From Octopus sinensis (Eukaryota): a stretch of 64,000 bases of DNA. Below, in pieces: positions 38,530 to 50,169 of the stretch (its first letter is position 1; each line of letters begins with the position of its first letter). The notes beneath the pieces were generated by a model. It searched no databases. It was not told the origin of the DNA and saw nothing but the letters and a program-made list of their open reading frames with translations. The position numbers and the translations under genes were made by a program. The stretch is taken from NCBI RefSeq assembly GCF_006345805.1, contig NC_043006.1:55366001-55430000 (forward strand), read 5' to 3'.

Positions 38530-39400
38530 GCCGTTAGAAATAGCAACCAAATCTCCCTCAATTCACTGCTCTTTTTGTCTGGGACGCATTCGGTTAGATG
38601 GCTGACCTGGGGTTAAGCAACAGTTTTTTTTTGTTATTTCTTACATGAAAAATAACAGCGTGCCGTTCTAAGCGGCTTCTTGTTCTACTAGAAATAGCAA
38701 CCAAATATAGCACAGATAACACTACCAGCTTAAACGAGGGACAGACTCATTAGACAATGATCACCACTGGATTATTTTGATCTGGGTTATGTCTGATCAG
38801 GGTTGGGTCAGGGTTAAAGAAAAACATTGCGCTGCTGTTGCACCCCCTTTACCAGCAGTGTCCCAACAAATACCACTAAAAACAACTGCACCGCCGTCAC
38901 CAATACATTACAAGCTGCGCCAGCATCACCAACGATAAAGCTATGAAAAGTAGCAAACAAATCTCCCTTTTGTGACGCCTTACCGACATAAAAACAGTAT
39001 ATTTAGGACATTGGATAATGTATTAAATATACTGCAACTGAAATTAAAAAAAAAAAGCCTCTGATGGGATGGCCACTGCCGGAAATCCATTGATCATAGG
39101 GTTGACCTGGGGTTAAACGACAGCACCGTTATCACTACCACAACGAAAAAAATATAAAAAACAGCAACATTGCCCTTAAACTACGCTGCCTTAAAAAAGT
39201 GGCTCCAGATATCCTCGTAAAAAGACAGGATGGTCACGGCTGGAGTGTTTTTGATCATAAGTCTGCTCAGTGGGGGTGAGTTAACCGGGACTGTAAAACT
39301 CAATTAAAGTAATACACACAGCACTGCATACTGTAGTGATTTAGATACATTGAATGAAAGACGGGGTGGCCATCACACGAACGTGTTTGATCATAGGTCT
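38530..39400 (+). mobile_element. Four or five diverged copies of a short interspersed repeat ending in tgacctggggttaa(aac)
   Basis: Recurrent tagaaatagcaaccaaat.., ttgatcatag(g/a)t and tgacctggggttaa motifs. Confidence 0.6.
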
Positions 39401-39404
39401 ACTG

Positions 39405-40135
39405 TAGTGCTTGTCAACCATTTTTCTTTTTACCTATGGGCCTCTTTGATCCCTATTTTACTCGAATGGATCGTCCTAGCCATTTGATGTTTAAACAATT
39501 TTATATTTTTATAATAAACTAGCAGTATCGCCCGGCGTTGCTCGGGTTTGTAAGGGAAATAACTATATAAGCATTTTTAGAGAGTTACTTCCCTTATAGA
39601 TGCCAATTCGGGCTTTCTTAGCCATTTCTGTTTTGGTGTCTTCAAGCCATGAAGTCGTTGTTCTAAAAGAACGCTGGTCTCCTTGACAACGCATTACGAC
39701 GTTGATTTCTTTACACTCCCTTCCCCACAGCTTCACGAGGGAGGGAAGGGGGAGAATCAAACAGGTGCAGCTGTGAGCGTGGACGCCAACTCCGCCGCCA
39801 TCGACACACGAAAAATTATGCATTAAAATGGAATAAAAAATGATGTTAAATTATTTTTAAAATCGTAGACTCATCGTTGACGCGCGCTAATAGCCAGACG
39901 GGCTCGATATGAATCACGACTATAAGATACCCGAATTTGGTTAAACTGCACCGCAAAATGTGGGAGGAGTTAGGAATCTAAATCGAAGGGGACAGACACT
40001 CACACAACTAGAGTTTTATATATATAGATATTATTAGGAAAGAAATTATTAAAATATTTTGCGTATTGTAAAAGCATTACCAATTTTTTGGAGATAAATG
40101 TTAAAATCTGATATGGATCCCGTTGAAAACCATTG
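39405..40135. mobile_element. hAT MITE with 8-bp TSD, interrupted by a Helitron-type element
   Basis: TIRs tagtgcttgtcaacc / gttgaaaaccattg; GTCTACTG at 39397-39404 and 40136-40143. Confidence 0.85.
39518..40030 (+). mobile_element. Non-autonomous Helitron/Helentron-type element (DINE/Lep1-like)
   Basis: 5' actagc..cgcccggcgttgctcggg hairpin; 3' acagacactcac..ttttatatatatagat; no TSD. Confidence 0.65.
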
Positions 40136-40249
40136 GTCTACTGGGTGGATCAGGACAGACACAGGACCAAACACAAATAACAACCAAGTCGCTAGCTGCT
40201 TAGACATTATTGTTACTTTTTCGATCACGTATGGAATTCTGCTAAATAC

Positions 40250-40318
<69 letters not shown>

Positions 40319-40572
40319 GGGGGAGAGAATTTCTTTATTAACCATAAGGTTGAGAAAAAGGTGGGACGATACGAGGACAGACCAAACAGACATTGGGGTC
40401 AGGGTATCGAATGAGACGAAACGTATGAATAAACAAACAATTAAAATATATACAATTAAATGAGAATGAGTGATTTACAAAAAGTAAAGCGGAGGACGCG
40501 GTAGGCCCCACAACTACATGCTCACACTGAAGACTTTGATTTCTCCTTTCTATATTCTCGTTTAAACAGGTT

Positions 40573-40622
<50 letters not shown>

Positions 40623-40798
40623 GGAGAGAGAGAGAGAGCAAAAATACAGAAACAAAACTAAACATCACTTTCTACATCTTTTTACCATCTATATAAGCGT
40701 TTCTAACAAAGGACAAACATTTTGGGAGAGGTGTAGGAGTATAATCGATTATATTAACCCCAGTAGCTCTCTTGCTTCTTCTACTGCTGATAATATAC

Positions 40799-40983
40799 CA
40801 GTGCCTCACAACCGGTATGCCGCGGCACACTGGTGTGCCACGATACGGTGCTAGGTGTGCCGCAATGTGACTTGAATATTATTATTTTCCCTATACATTT
40901 AGTTATAGTTTTAGTTCAGATGTGCTGCCGGATTTTGAAAAGAATATAAGTGTACCGCAAGTGAAAAAGGTTGCACAGCACTA
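40799..40983. mobile_element. hAT MITE (185 bp) with 8-bp TSD
   Basis: TAATATAC at 40791-40798 and 40984-40991; TIRs cagtgcctcacaacc / ggttgcacagcacta. Confidence 0.85.
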
Positions 40984-42259
40984 TAATATACACAAGTTTC
41001 TTTAAGAATAAATGTTTTCAATTATTTTTTAAAAAGCATTAATTAATATTTATAAAAATAATAATCCTTGTGCTTGACAGATGACATGTATTATTGAGCC
41101 CTGAAGGGATGAAAAGTGATGTTAATCTCGGCAGGATTTGAAAGCAAAACATGAAGGGGCTTAACTTTACACAACAAGAAAATATATAGCCCTTGGCCGC
41201 CTACATAAGGATACGATAGACCTAACTGAGCGTATGAAGGGCCTAGTTTGTTGCTGCTGCAACTGCGAATCCTAGTCTTCTACTTCCATGTGTAAAAACA
41301 CACTAATATGTCAAACCATATCTGCAACGATTAGAAACATTTGCAGTAACATGCAAAAGCTGCAACGAAATGTACAGACTACAACAACATTCCCAGACAG
41401 AAAACAATACGCACAAACGAAAATAGCATGCACAAACTGCACTAACATTCACAGACTGCAACAATGTGCAATACTCTAATCACATATCCAGAGTGCAATA
41501 ACATCAAGCTTCAATAGCTTGCAGAAATTGCAATAATTTGTTCAGACTGCATGAAGCAATATGTACAAACACTACAGCAACTTGGATGAACTACAATATG
41601 TACAAATTAAAATAATTTTGTCTAAACTGCGAGAGTACAGTGCATAATACTCTATAGCAATATATCCAGTATGGAGTTCAGCTAGCCGAAAATTTTACAT
41701 AACTAGAGCTGTGGTTCAGTGGATCACATGAAATCAACTATTTTATATAGGGTTTCTTCCATAAGGGCTTTAATCGACACCAACACGTAACAGCAACAAC
41801 GCGTAAAACACCAACGCGTTAAACACCAACGCGTAACAGCAACAACGTACAAAAACAACAGCAGCAACAACAACAGCAACAACGTGTAACTACCACCTCA
41901 ACAACAACAACGTACGATAGCAATAACACTATGAGTTGAAACAAACAGTAATTCTTGTGTGGCAGTAATTTCTGTTGTTTTGCTAAAGTAAGGTCAAGAA
42001 CATTGCTTTATACACAGTAAGGAGATGTATTGGTACAGCCTTCATGAAGACAATCAACCTACGAAAAATAACCGTGAACTCTCCTTCAAACCAGAGCTAA
42101 TCTTAAGGAACAAACTAAAATCAAAAAGGAAAAAAGATGGGTTAGAAACCTATAAGTTTCTACTCAGTTATCGATATACAAGAAATAATGACAAAATCTC
42201 AATCGCGTGTGAGTGTACATATAAATGTATGTGTGTGTGTATGTATATATATATATATA

Positions 42260-42330
42260 TGTATGCATGTCGCATCCGAAACTCGGAGTTTTATCATGGC
42301 TACCGAATAATTGTCACATATTACATTTAC
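42260..42330 (+). mobile_element. Fragment of the HHR repeat family found at 25960-26178
   Basis: catccgaaactcggagttttatcatggctaccgaataattgtcacatattacatttacagata matches 26122-26184. Confidence 0.85.
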
Positions 42331-42332
42331 AG

Positions 42333-42430
<98 letters not shown>

Positions 42431-42730
42431 TGTAGAAGATTAACATTTCAGTTGTCAGTACTTCACATCCGAAAACGAAATCGTGCTTAAAGTGATTTAT
42501 AATACTTAGATGGGATACATGATTATATTAAATATTCAAATATTAAAAAAATAATAAAAAATATAATAAAAATAATGATTATATAAAATGTAAATGACTC
42601 AAGATATAAGAACATGAAAACCGTGTATGCGTGTGTAGACACGTGTATTCGAGGGACAATAGAGTTCAGTAATACGAGACATCATGAAGGTAAAAATCAG
42701 TTAAAAATCATGAAAAGTAAACGTCAGTTA

Positions 42731-42819
42731 AAACCTACGGCCGTTTCAGAAAATATTAAGGGGCAATAGGAACAGTCCGCATTCAACTCCCTCGAATAAT
42801 ATTTCCTTATTCAGGGTTC
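42731..42819 (-). ncRNA. Minimal hammerhead motif with G8->U core change
   Basis: gaacc CTGAATA aggaaatatt..aatattttct GAAAC GGCC GTA ggttt; 10-bp helix II. Confidence 0.65.
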
Positions 42820-43080
42820 GATGTTTATGGTAAATTTTACATAATGAATTCCTATTGGTAGGTGGACGTCGAATGATTAGAGAATTAAAAAAATTAAAAA
42901 TATAACTGGTAAAATTGCTACAGCATCATCCCAAAATTTAAAGTCGTCTACAAAAATTTTTTATTACGTCTTTGCTCATAAACGAGCACAAAAAACTGGT
43001 ACTATACACGGAGTATTGTCTCCGTTAAACATATTCTTATATATATATATACTTTATTAAAAAGCAGCAAAAATATCACA

Positions 43081-43126
43081 AAAACTGTTACTCAGAGTTT
43101 CATGTTCCCGTTCGTCGGACAGTTTT
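43081..43126 (-). ncRNA. Minimal hammerhead motif with U4->C core change
   Basis: aaaactgt CCGACGA acgggaacat GAAAC TCTGA GTA acagtttt; 8-bp helix I, palindromic helix III. Confidence 0.7.
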
Positions 43127-44004
43127 GTTTAAACTGAACACATACATATATATATATATATGTATGTATATATATGTACACATACATATATAAATATGTA
43201 CATATATATATATTCTGTTGTGTCTGGGGAGAGTTATTTTCTTTTTGTGCCGTATAATTTAACACACTCACTGGTAAAATATCCACGTATTTCATATTTT
43301 TATTTTCCTAAAATTTTCGTCTTGCAACCTTTTCAATAGTCTTGAGTCTGTCCCTTATTTACACTGCGTTCCTTTTTGTTCGTTTGTGCGCATGTGTTTA
43401 GGTGAGTGTGTGTGCATGTGTGTGTGCTATGCATGTATGTATATATGTATGTATGTATGTATGTATGCATGCATGTGTGTATGTATATATGTGTATGTAT
43501 GCATATGTATATATGTATGTATGTGTGTGCATCTGTATGTATGCTGCATATTCATGTGCTTGCATGTCAGTGTTTGTGTGTTTTTTTATGTATGTGTATG
43601 TGTGCGTGTGTTTTTATATGTATGCACCTCTGTCTCCCTGTGTATGCATGTCTGAGTGTGTGTGTGTTTTGCAACTATGTACCGTGTTTGTATGTATGGA
43701 TGTGCATCTCCAATGTATTGACACGTGCCTCCATATGTTTTCATGTGTGAATTAAAGTGTGTGTGTGTGTATATATGATCATGTGTTTCACTCTCCATTT
43801 GCGTATGTGTGCTTGTCCACACAACCTATGTACCTATTCACCTGTATGTTGATCTGTTTATTTTCATACCTATATGTTTACATACATATGCATATACACA
43901 TATATACATATCCCCACTTCCCACACAACCAATGCCTTGTGAATGGATTTTGTAGAGGGACACTGAAAGAAGCACGTCATCCCTCTCTCTCTCTCTCTCT
44001 CTCT

Positions 44005-44042
<38 letters not shown>

Positions 44043-44084
44043 GAAAGAATGGAGTCGAACGAAGATGTTAACAAAATTCCTTTA

Positions 44085-44166
44085 CTCTCGACACATGTTT
44101 CGAAGACAGCATGTTTTCATTCCAAAGGAATAAAGGGTGTATTATGCAATCTTCTCATCAGGAAAG
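44085..44166 (-). ncRNA. Minimal type I hammerhead ribozyme, canonical core
   Basis: ctttc CTGATGA gaagattgcat..atgctgtcttc GAAAC ATGT GTC gagag. Confidence 0.85.
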
Positions 44167-44462
44167 AAGGGGAGCCTCTCTCGACAACAAGACAAACAAA
44201 AATTTCGATGATTGCCTACATGGTAAACAAAGCGATAATGAGTGTTTTTTTAAAAAAACCGTTAGAAGAATTGACGTCAAAAATAGATAGTAGGAAGAGA
44301 AGGGATAGAGTAATAATAGGTTGGGAACAAGTGGAGAGGGAAGGGTACGTTGATTGAAAGAATGTCCGAAGGCTTAGGAAATAATTTCTCTATAGAAGTG
44401 GGGTGGACGTAAAGCTAATTGTTCAAACCACAGTGACTATCGTTATCATTTATATGAGTAGA

Positions 44463-44850
44463 AAGTGTGTTTCTGCCAGTGTTTACATTTGTATGATTTT
44501 CCTATGAGTGTGTTTACTAGGGGAACCTTAGAGAAAAGAATATGGAAGAGTTCAGAGTTACAAATGTTACAAAATCCCCTGCCCTTATCAAAAGGAAAGG
44601 ATACAGACAGTATGAACCAATCTAACTTGAAAATTATATTGTTGTCTTTAAGACGCCAAACTAATTTACTTAGCTATGTCGTTTTTTACTATCCCTGAAT
44701 GTTGAATAGTGGTTTGAAATTCTCTTGGACAACTGGGAAGTGGACGCTCCTATATAGAAGACATCGGTACCGGAAGAAATTCTACACTGGTAAATAGAAT
44801 TCTTAATCTTAGAATTAGTAGACAAAAATTTAATTCTGTTGGGGTTGTCC
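44463..44850 (-). pseudogene. GIY-YIG endonuclease of a PLE (one frameshift)
   Basis: NSIYQCRI..FYIGASTSQLSKRISNHYSTFR, then SKLVWRLKDNNI..DWFIL..CNICNSELFHIL..KCKH. Confidence 0.85.
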
Positions 44851-45105
44851 TCCGAGATCGAAATGAATGAAAACATGCTGTCTTCGAAACATGTGTCGAG
44901 AGTAAAGGAATTTTGTTAACATCTTCGTTCGACTCCATTCTTTCATTTATTCATATACAACACACAAATTTCTGCACATGAACCCGGAGTTTCTACCCTT
45001 GACAGGTCGCTTCAACCGTGTTTCTGACGTGAATTTGCTACCCAGGTTTCGGTTAAACGAATTTTCCATGCTGACGATAAACATAGGATAATTCATTCAC
45101 CTACT

Positions 45106-45142
<37 letters not shown>

Positions 45143-45240
45143 TATTATTATTAATATTTGATGGAATAAAATCCAAAACTTACAAGGAAAAAAAAATTCA
45201 ATTTAGAAATACTAAATCAAATTTCACACAATATAATATA

Positions 45241-45783
45241 TATATATAAAATTAGAAAAAAGCCAGCTTTTATCAATTCAAAATGAACAATTGAATTACA
45301 CCATCTGGAAAATTACATATAATAGAAATATCAACATTAAAATAACAATAAAATGTCAATGATTAAGTAAATTGCAGAAAAATAATAATAACGTATATAA
45401 ATTGTAGAATAACGACATATATTTATATTTAAAGGGATCTAACGAATTACATTTAATTTAATTTAAGAATTTATTTAGTCAGACAATATATTATTTAACT
45501 ATTAGGTGGCTTATTTATTTGTAATATTAAATTTTAAGTTAATTTGGTATTATATTATTTGATATTTAGTCAACTTTGTTATAGATTCTCATAATGTACA
45601 TGTACTAAACATGTACATTGATTATATGGTTAGCTTATTTAAGGAGTTTGTCTATATTTGAAACTTTTCTTATTTTGATTACAATTTAATGACTTGTACT
45701 AGCTTTGTGTATTTTATTCAATTTTAAAGTATTTAATAATTTAAGTATTTTTTAGTTTTCACTTATGTATATTTAGAATTTTC

Positions 45784-45855
<72 letters not shown>

Positions 45856-46146
45856 GTATATTTATTAATTAATTATTTTATTGTTCTAGTTTATTTTTAA
45901 CCTGATGGGTGACTATATTTATATCGAAGTGTTTTCTCTACCACTATAGTCATTTCTTAAATATAGCCACGAAACACGTGTCTTTATACTACAATTTATA
46001 TACGTTAGTATTATTATTTTTTTTGCACTTTACTTAATCATTGACATTTTATTGTTATTTTAATGTTAATATTTCTATTATATGTAATTTTCTAGATGGT
46101 GTAATTTAATTGTTCATTTTGAATTGATAAAAGGTGTTTTTTTTTC

Positions 46147-46186
<40 letters not shown>

Positions 46187-46218
46187 GAAAAAAACCCACC
46201 TTTTATCAATTCAAAATG

Positions 46219-46225
<7 letters not shown>
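45241..46225 (+). mobile_element. AT-rich non-coding pLTR-like element with inverted copies and an HHR
   Basis: 45241-45420 is the reverse complement of about 45978-46160; third partial copy at 46170-46225. Confidence 0.75.
45898..45986 (+). ncRNA. Hammerhead motif, degenerate (A9->G, helix I mismatch)
   Basis: taac CTGATGG gtgactata..tatagccac GAAAC ACGT GTC ttta. Confidence 0.6.
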
Positions 46226-46270
<45 letters not shown>

Positions 46271-46498
46271 TAACAATATAGGATGAAGTCCCTTTCTCTA
46301 CAGAAAAGGATTCCATCAAAAAGCGTGGCAGTATATTAAAAAAACCTTTACGGTTGAAGTATAAACATCTTATAATTAAGGGCTAAAGAAGGTTATTCTA
46401 TAGCCAATACACTAATTTATCCACTTATAATCCACTTGTTACAGGAAAATTGAACTGAAAGCGGGCAACTAACCTTTAGAAAATTTAAATTTCGTTAT

Positions 46499-46559
46499 CT
46501 CTATATTGAATCAATTTCGGAATTAATCCTTATAAAGGATATATTCTTCTTCAGTAGAG
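46499..46559 (-). ncRNA. Minimal hammerhead ribozyme (mirror copy)
   Basis: Reverse complement of 46573-46633 with minor changes in the helix II loop. Confidence 0.75.
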
Positions 46560-46572
46560 CTCCCCTCGTAAG

Positions 46573-46633
46573 CTCTACTGAAGAAGAATATATCCTTTAT
46601 AGGGATTAATTCCGAAATTGATTCAATATAGAG
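46573..46633 (+). ncRNA. Minimal type I hammerhead ribozyme
   Basis: ctcta CTGAAGA agaat..attcc GAAA TTGATTCAA T A tagag; palindromic helix III, AUA triplet, A.C at the helix II base. Confidence 0.75.
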
Positions 46634-46796
46634 ATAACGAAATTTAAATTTTCTAAAGGCTAGTTGCCCGCTTTCAGTTCAATTTTCCTGTAACAAGTGG
46701 ATTATAAGTGGATAAATCAGTGTATTGGCTATAGAATAACCTTCTTTAGCTCTTAATTATACGATGTATATATATATATATCATATGTATATATAA

Positions 46797-46881
46797 GACA
46801 CCTCGGGCAGGTGTCTTCTACTATAGTCACGGGCCGACCAAAGGCTTGTTAGTAGACGGAAACTGAAAGAAACGTATATTT

Positions 46882-46920
<39 letters not shown>

Positions 46921-47165
46921 AGTCTATCTCAATGTCTGCCTATGTTTGTGTGTATCTGTGTATGTTTGATTCCCATCACCGCTTAACAATCGTTGGTGTG
47001 TTAGCATCCTAGTAACTTAGCGTTTCGGCAAAAGTTGCGATAGAATAAGTAGAAGACTTCAAAAACGAATAAGTACTGAAGCTGATTCATTCCATTGAAA
47101 ATTCTTCAAGGCCGCATCCCTGCATGGCCGCAGGCTAATGATCGAAACGAACAAAAGATAAAAGA
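46797..47165 (+). mobile_element. SINE S1, 5'-truncated and diverged
   Basis: gggcaggtgtcttctactatag..gacggaaactgaaag..gtaacttagcg..gatagaataagta. Confidence 0.8.
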
Positions 47166-47360
47166 CATGTATTAATGTGTCAGTTCTTTCAATAGAAAGT
47201 GACGAGGTTATTCTTGGCCTTTAAAAATGGCAAAACCCGGTGGCTACTCTAAGAGGTGGTCTTCATAGAAGAAAAAATTGTGTTTACATCTATACAGTTG
47301 TTAAGTTCTTTCAATTGAAGATGACAAGTTGGTTAATAAAATTTATCTTTTTATATATAT

Positions 47361-47436
<76 letters not shown>

Positions 47437-47461
47437 TCATATATATATGAAAGTATAAATA

Positions 47462-47527
<66 letters not shown>

Positions 47528-47819
47528 AATGGAGTGAAAATGCAACTTTCGAGATTAGTAATAAAGAATCGATATTTTGTTGCGAATTACGGTGGAAAGA
47601 AAGGTTGACAAGCAACTTTTAATACAACTGACTAATATCTTGAGGTTCCGCATTTACTATAAAGAGAACAGGATTATGAACTATTCTCCAGTGCCGCTGC
47701 AACGGTTGTTGCGTGTGGACGTACGTCATACGTGTGTGAAGTTTTCTACTTTCTACCTTGACTTTAGGCCATTGTATTAAGATTAATGATCGAGTTAAAT
47801 TTAGTGTTGTTTACATTTA

Positions 47820-49800
47820 GTGGTGACTCATAAGCCAATAACGCGCCATGATAATGAATGCCCAATATTTAGTGCTCCATATGATCTTGGCGACCGAATT
47901 TTGCCAACTTACAAGAACATACTAAAATATATTTTATTTGAACAAGAAAAAGAAAATAATGTAGTTAAGAAGGATCTTTCAATTAAACAAATTGTCAAGA
48001 TCGTGGAAGAAAAGATAATTCTTGTTTGGCAAAAGTCATCCATCCCTTGTGTTTCGATTTAGTCAGTTAAACCGAAAATCTTAAACTTTTATCTAAAGAA
48101 CCATGCGTTACCAAAATCTGTGAAAAATAGAAAAATGTGCCATCGTTTCAAACAAAGTGTAATATGTTTAAAAACAATGCAACAAAAGATTTATTTGACA
48201 TTTCCTGTTGCAGGTGCAACTCCTTTAGAAACTGCAGTTGTAGTGGAGATAAAACAAAATGCCAGAGAGAACAAGATTCTTTTACAGGATCAACAGACAT
48301 ATCGAAAAATGATCATTGGCCGAATAGATCAAGCAGTATCCAAACAAAATGTTCAGAGGTTGATCAGAAAGAATCGGCCAGATCACAGTAACCCTTTTAC
48401 GCCAGCCAAGGATTCTCAATTGACAGTGTTTTCATCATGTAGTGAATCTGAAAACGAATCAGCAGACGAAAATGAAGATTTTCCAATTCCATTTTCCATA
48501 AAAATAAAAGACGTCGGTAAAATCGTAAGTTCAAAAACACCAATAAAACGAATGAAATTCGCAGAACTAGCTTCTGACTGTGACCGTACCGGTGTGTCAG
48601 ATCGTGCTGCTGCTTTTCTTACAAATTCGGTCATGAGCGACTTAACAGCAAGTACAGCTGGTGAATGTTCTTTCATTATAGACAGATCGAAGGTAAGGCA
48701 GAAACGATCCACAAAACGTAAATCCCTGCTGCAGGAAGGTAGGCCAGATAAACCATTATCTGCCGTGTATTTTGATGGAAGGAGGGGCACAACCCTCATA
48801 AGTGAACAAATGGGGAAAAATTTCGTAAGAAAACAATTCAAGAAGAAAACATTTCATTGATAGAAGAACCTGAGTTCCACTATCTTGGGCACTTTGCTGT
48901 TAAAACGGGTTCTGCAAAAGCCATTTCTGGTAGTTTGTTGAATTATTTGGAAACCAATGAGATAGTAACCAATCATATGATGGTTGTAGGTTCCGATGGT
49001 ACTGCAGTCAATACAGGACCAAAAAGAGGCACCATTAGACCTTTGGAGGATAAATTGAAGAAGCCATTGCATTGGTTTTGTGTGTCAGCTCCACGCAAAT
49101 GAGCTTCCCTTACGCCATCTTATTAACGATTTCGACGGAAAAACAGGACTCGTGGATTTCTTGGGCCGATTGGTGTAGGCTGGAGCGATGTAAAACACTA
49201 AGTGTTGTAAAATTTCATTAGATTCCAACGGACTTACCATCAATAGACAAAAACGATCTAAGTACTGATCAAAAATACTTTCTTGATATCCACCTGTCTA
49301 TTTCTGAAAGGAAATTTTCACCTGAAATGGCATTAAGGAATCCTGGTAAAATGGCGCATTGTCGATGGATTACAACTGCAAATCGTGTGCTACGGTTGTA
49401 TGTTGCCACCGAGAATCCTTCTAACATGATAAAATTAATTGTTGCTTACATAATGAAAGTTTATGTGCCAATGTGGTTCACAATTAAACGCAACTCTACC
49501 CTCTATCTCGGAAAATGGGGATCTAAATGTGTCCAAGATGGTGGAGTCTTCGAGAGAAATGGATCAAGTGGTACAATGCTTTCTTCGCGCTCCAAGAAAA
49601 TACTTTACTAACCATGATAAACGATGAACGGAGCCACATTCGAGAACTCGCATGCAGGCACATAAAGCAAGCTCGAATACAGTATAAAGGGAAATCTGTG
49701 CGATCTTTCAAAATTCCTACCCTAAACTTTGCTGACTCAAACTACATGGACGTAATTAACTGACAGAACACTATTGTTACTGAACCACCTCTAACATAGG
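47820..49800 (+). pseudogene. Large DDE transposase pseudogene, hAT-related (hATm/hATx-type; subgroup uncertain)
   Basis: DLFDISCCRC, DRTGVSDRAAA, AVYFDGRRGTT, EEPEFHYLGH, GSDGTAVNTG, PLHWF-CQLHANELPLRHL, LSTDQKY, HCRWITTANRVLRLY..VYVPMWF; many frameshifts. Confidence 0.8.
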
Positions 49801-50169
49801 CATTTTCCTATGAAGAAATCGATACCTTCATTCAACAGCAGCATTTGATGCAACTGGGAAAATTACAGTGTCACGCCCATAACAAATAATATGTTGTTTT
49901 AGGAATTTCCAAAACAATAAATCTTTGACTGTTTCATTCTTTATTTGAGAGTGAGATGCTAATTCTCGCCTACGTAAAAATAAATTGGCTTTATTACTAG
50001 AACGAAAAGGAATGCACTACGATTCCTATTATTTAGTTACATGGAATTGTTTCGAATAAATTGAAAATGTTAATTATTTTTATCACCAAAATGTCTCAAG
50101 AATTAAAAATTGGTTTACACATAATCTTATTTTAATGTGTGTGTAATCAAGACCTCAAGTAACACATAT

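Larger units (their letters stand above)
44037..44950 (-). mobile_element. 5'-truncated Penelope-like element with inverted partial pLTR
   Basis: Perfect 86-bp inverted repeats 44037-44122 / 44865-44950 enclosing a GIY-YIG remnant and an HHR. Confidence 0.9.
46365..46767. repeat. About 197-bp inverted repeat with 9-nt spacer
   Basis: 46365-46561 versus 46571-46767, only a few mismatches. Confidence 0.96.
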
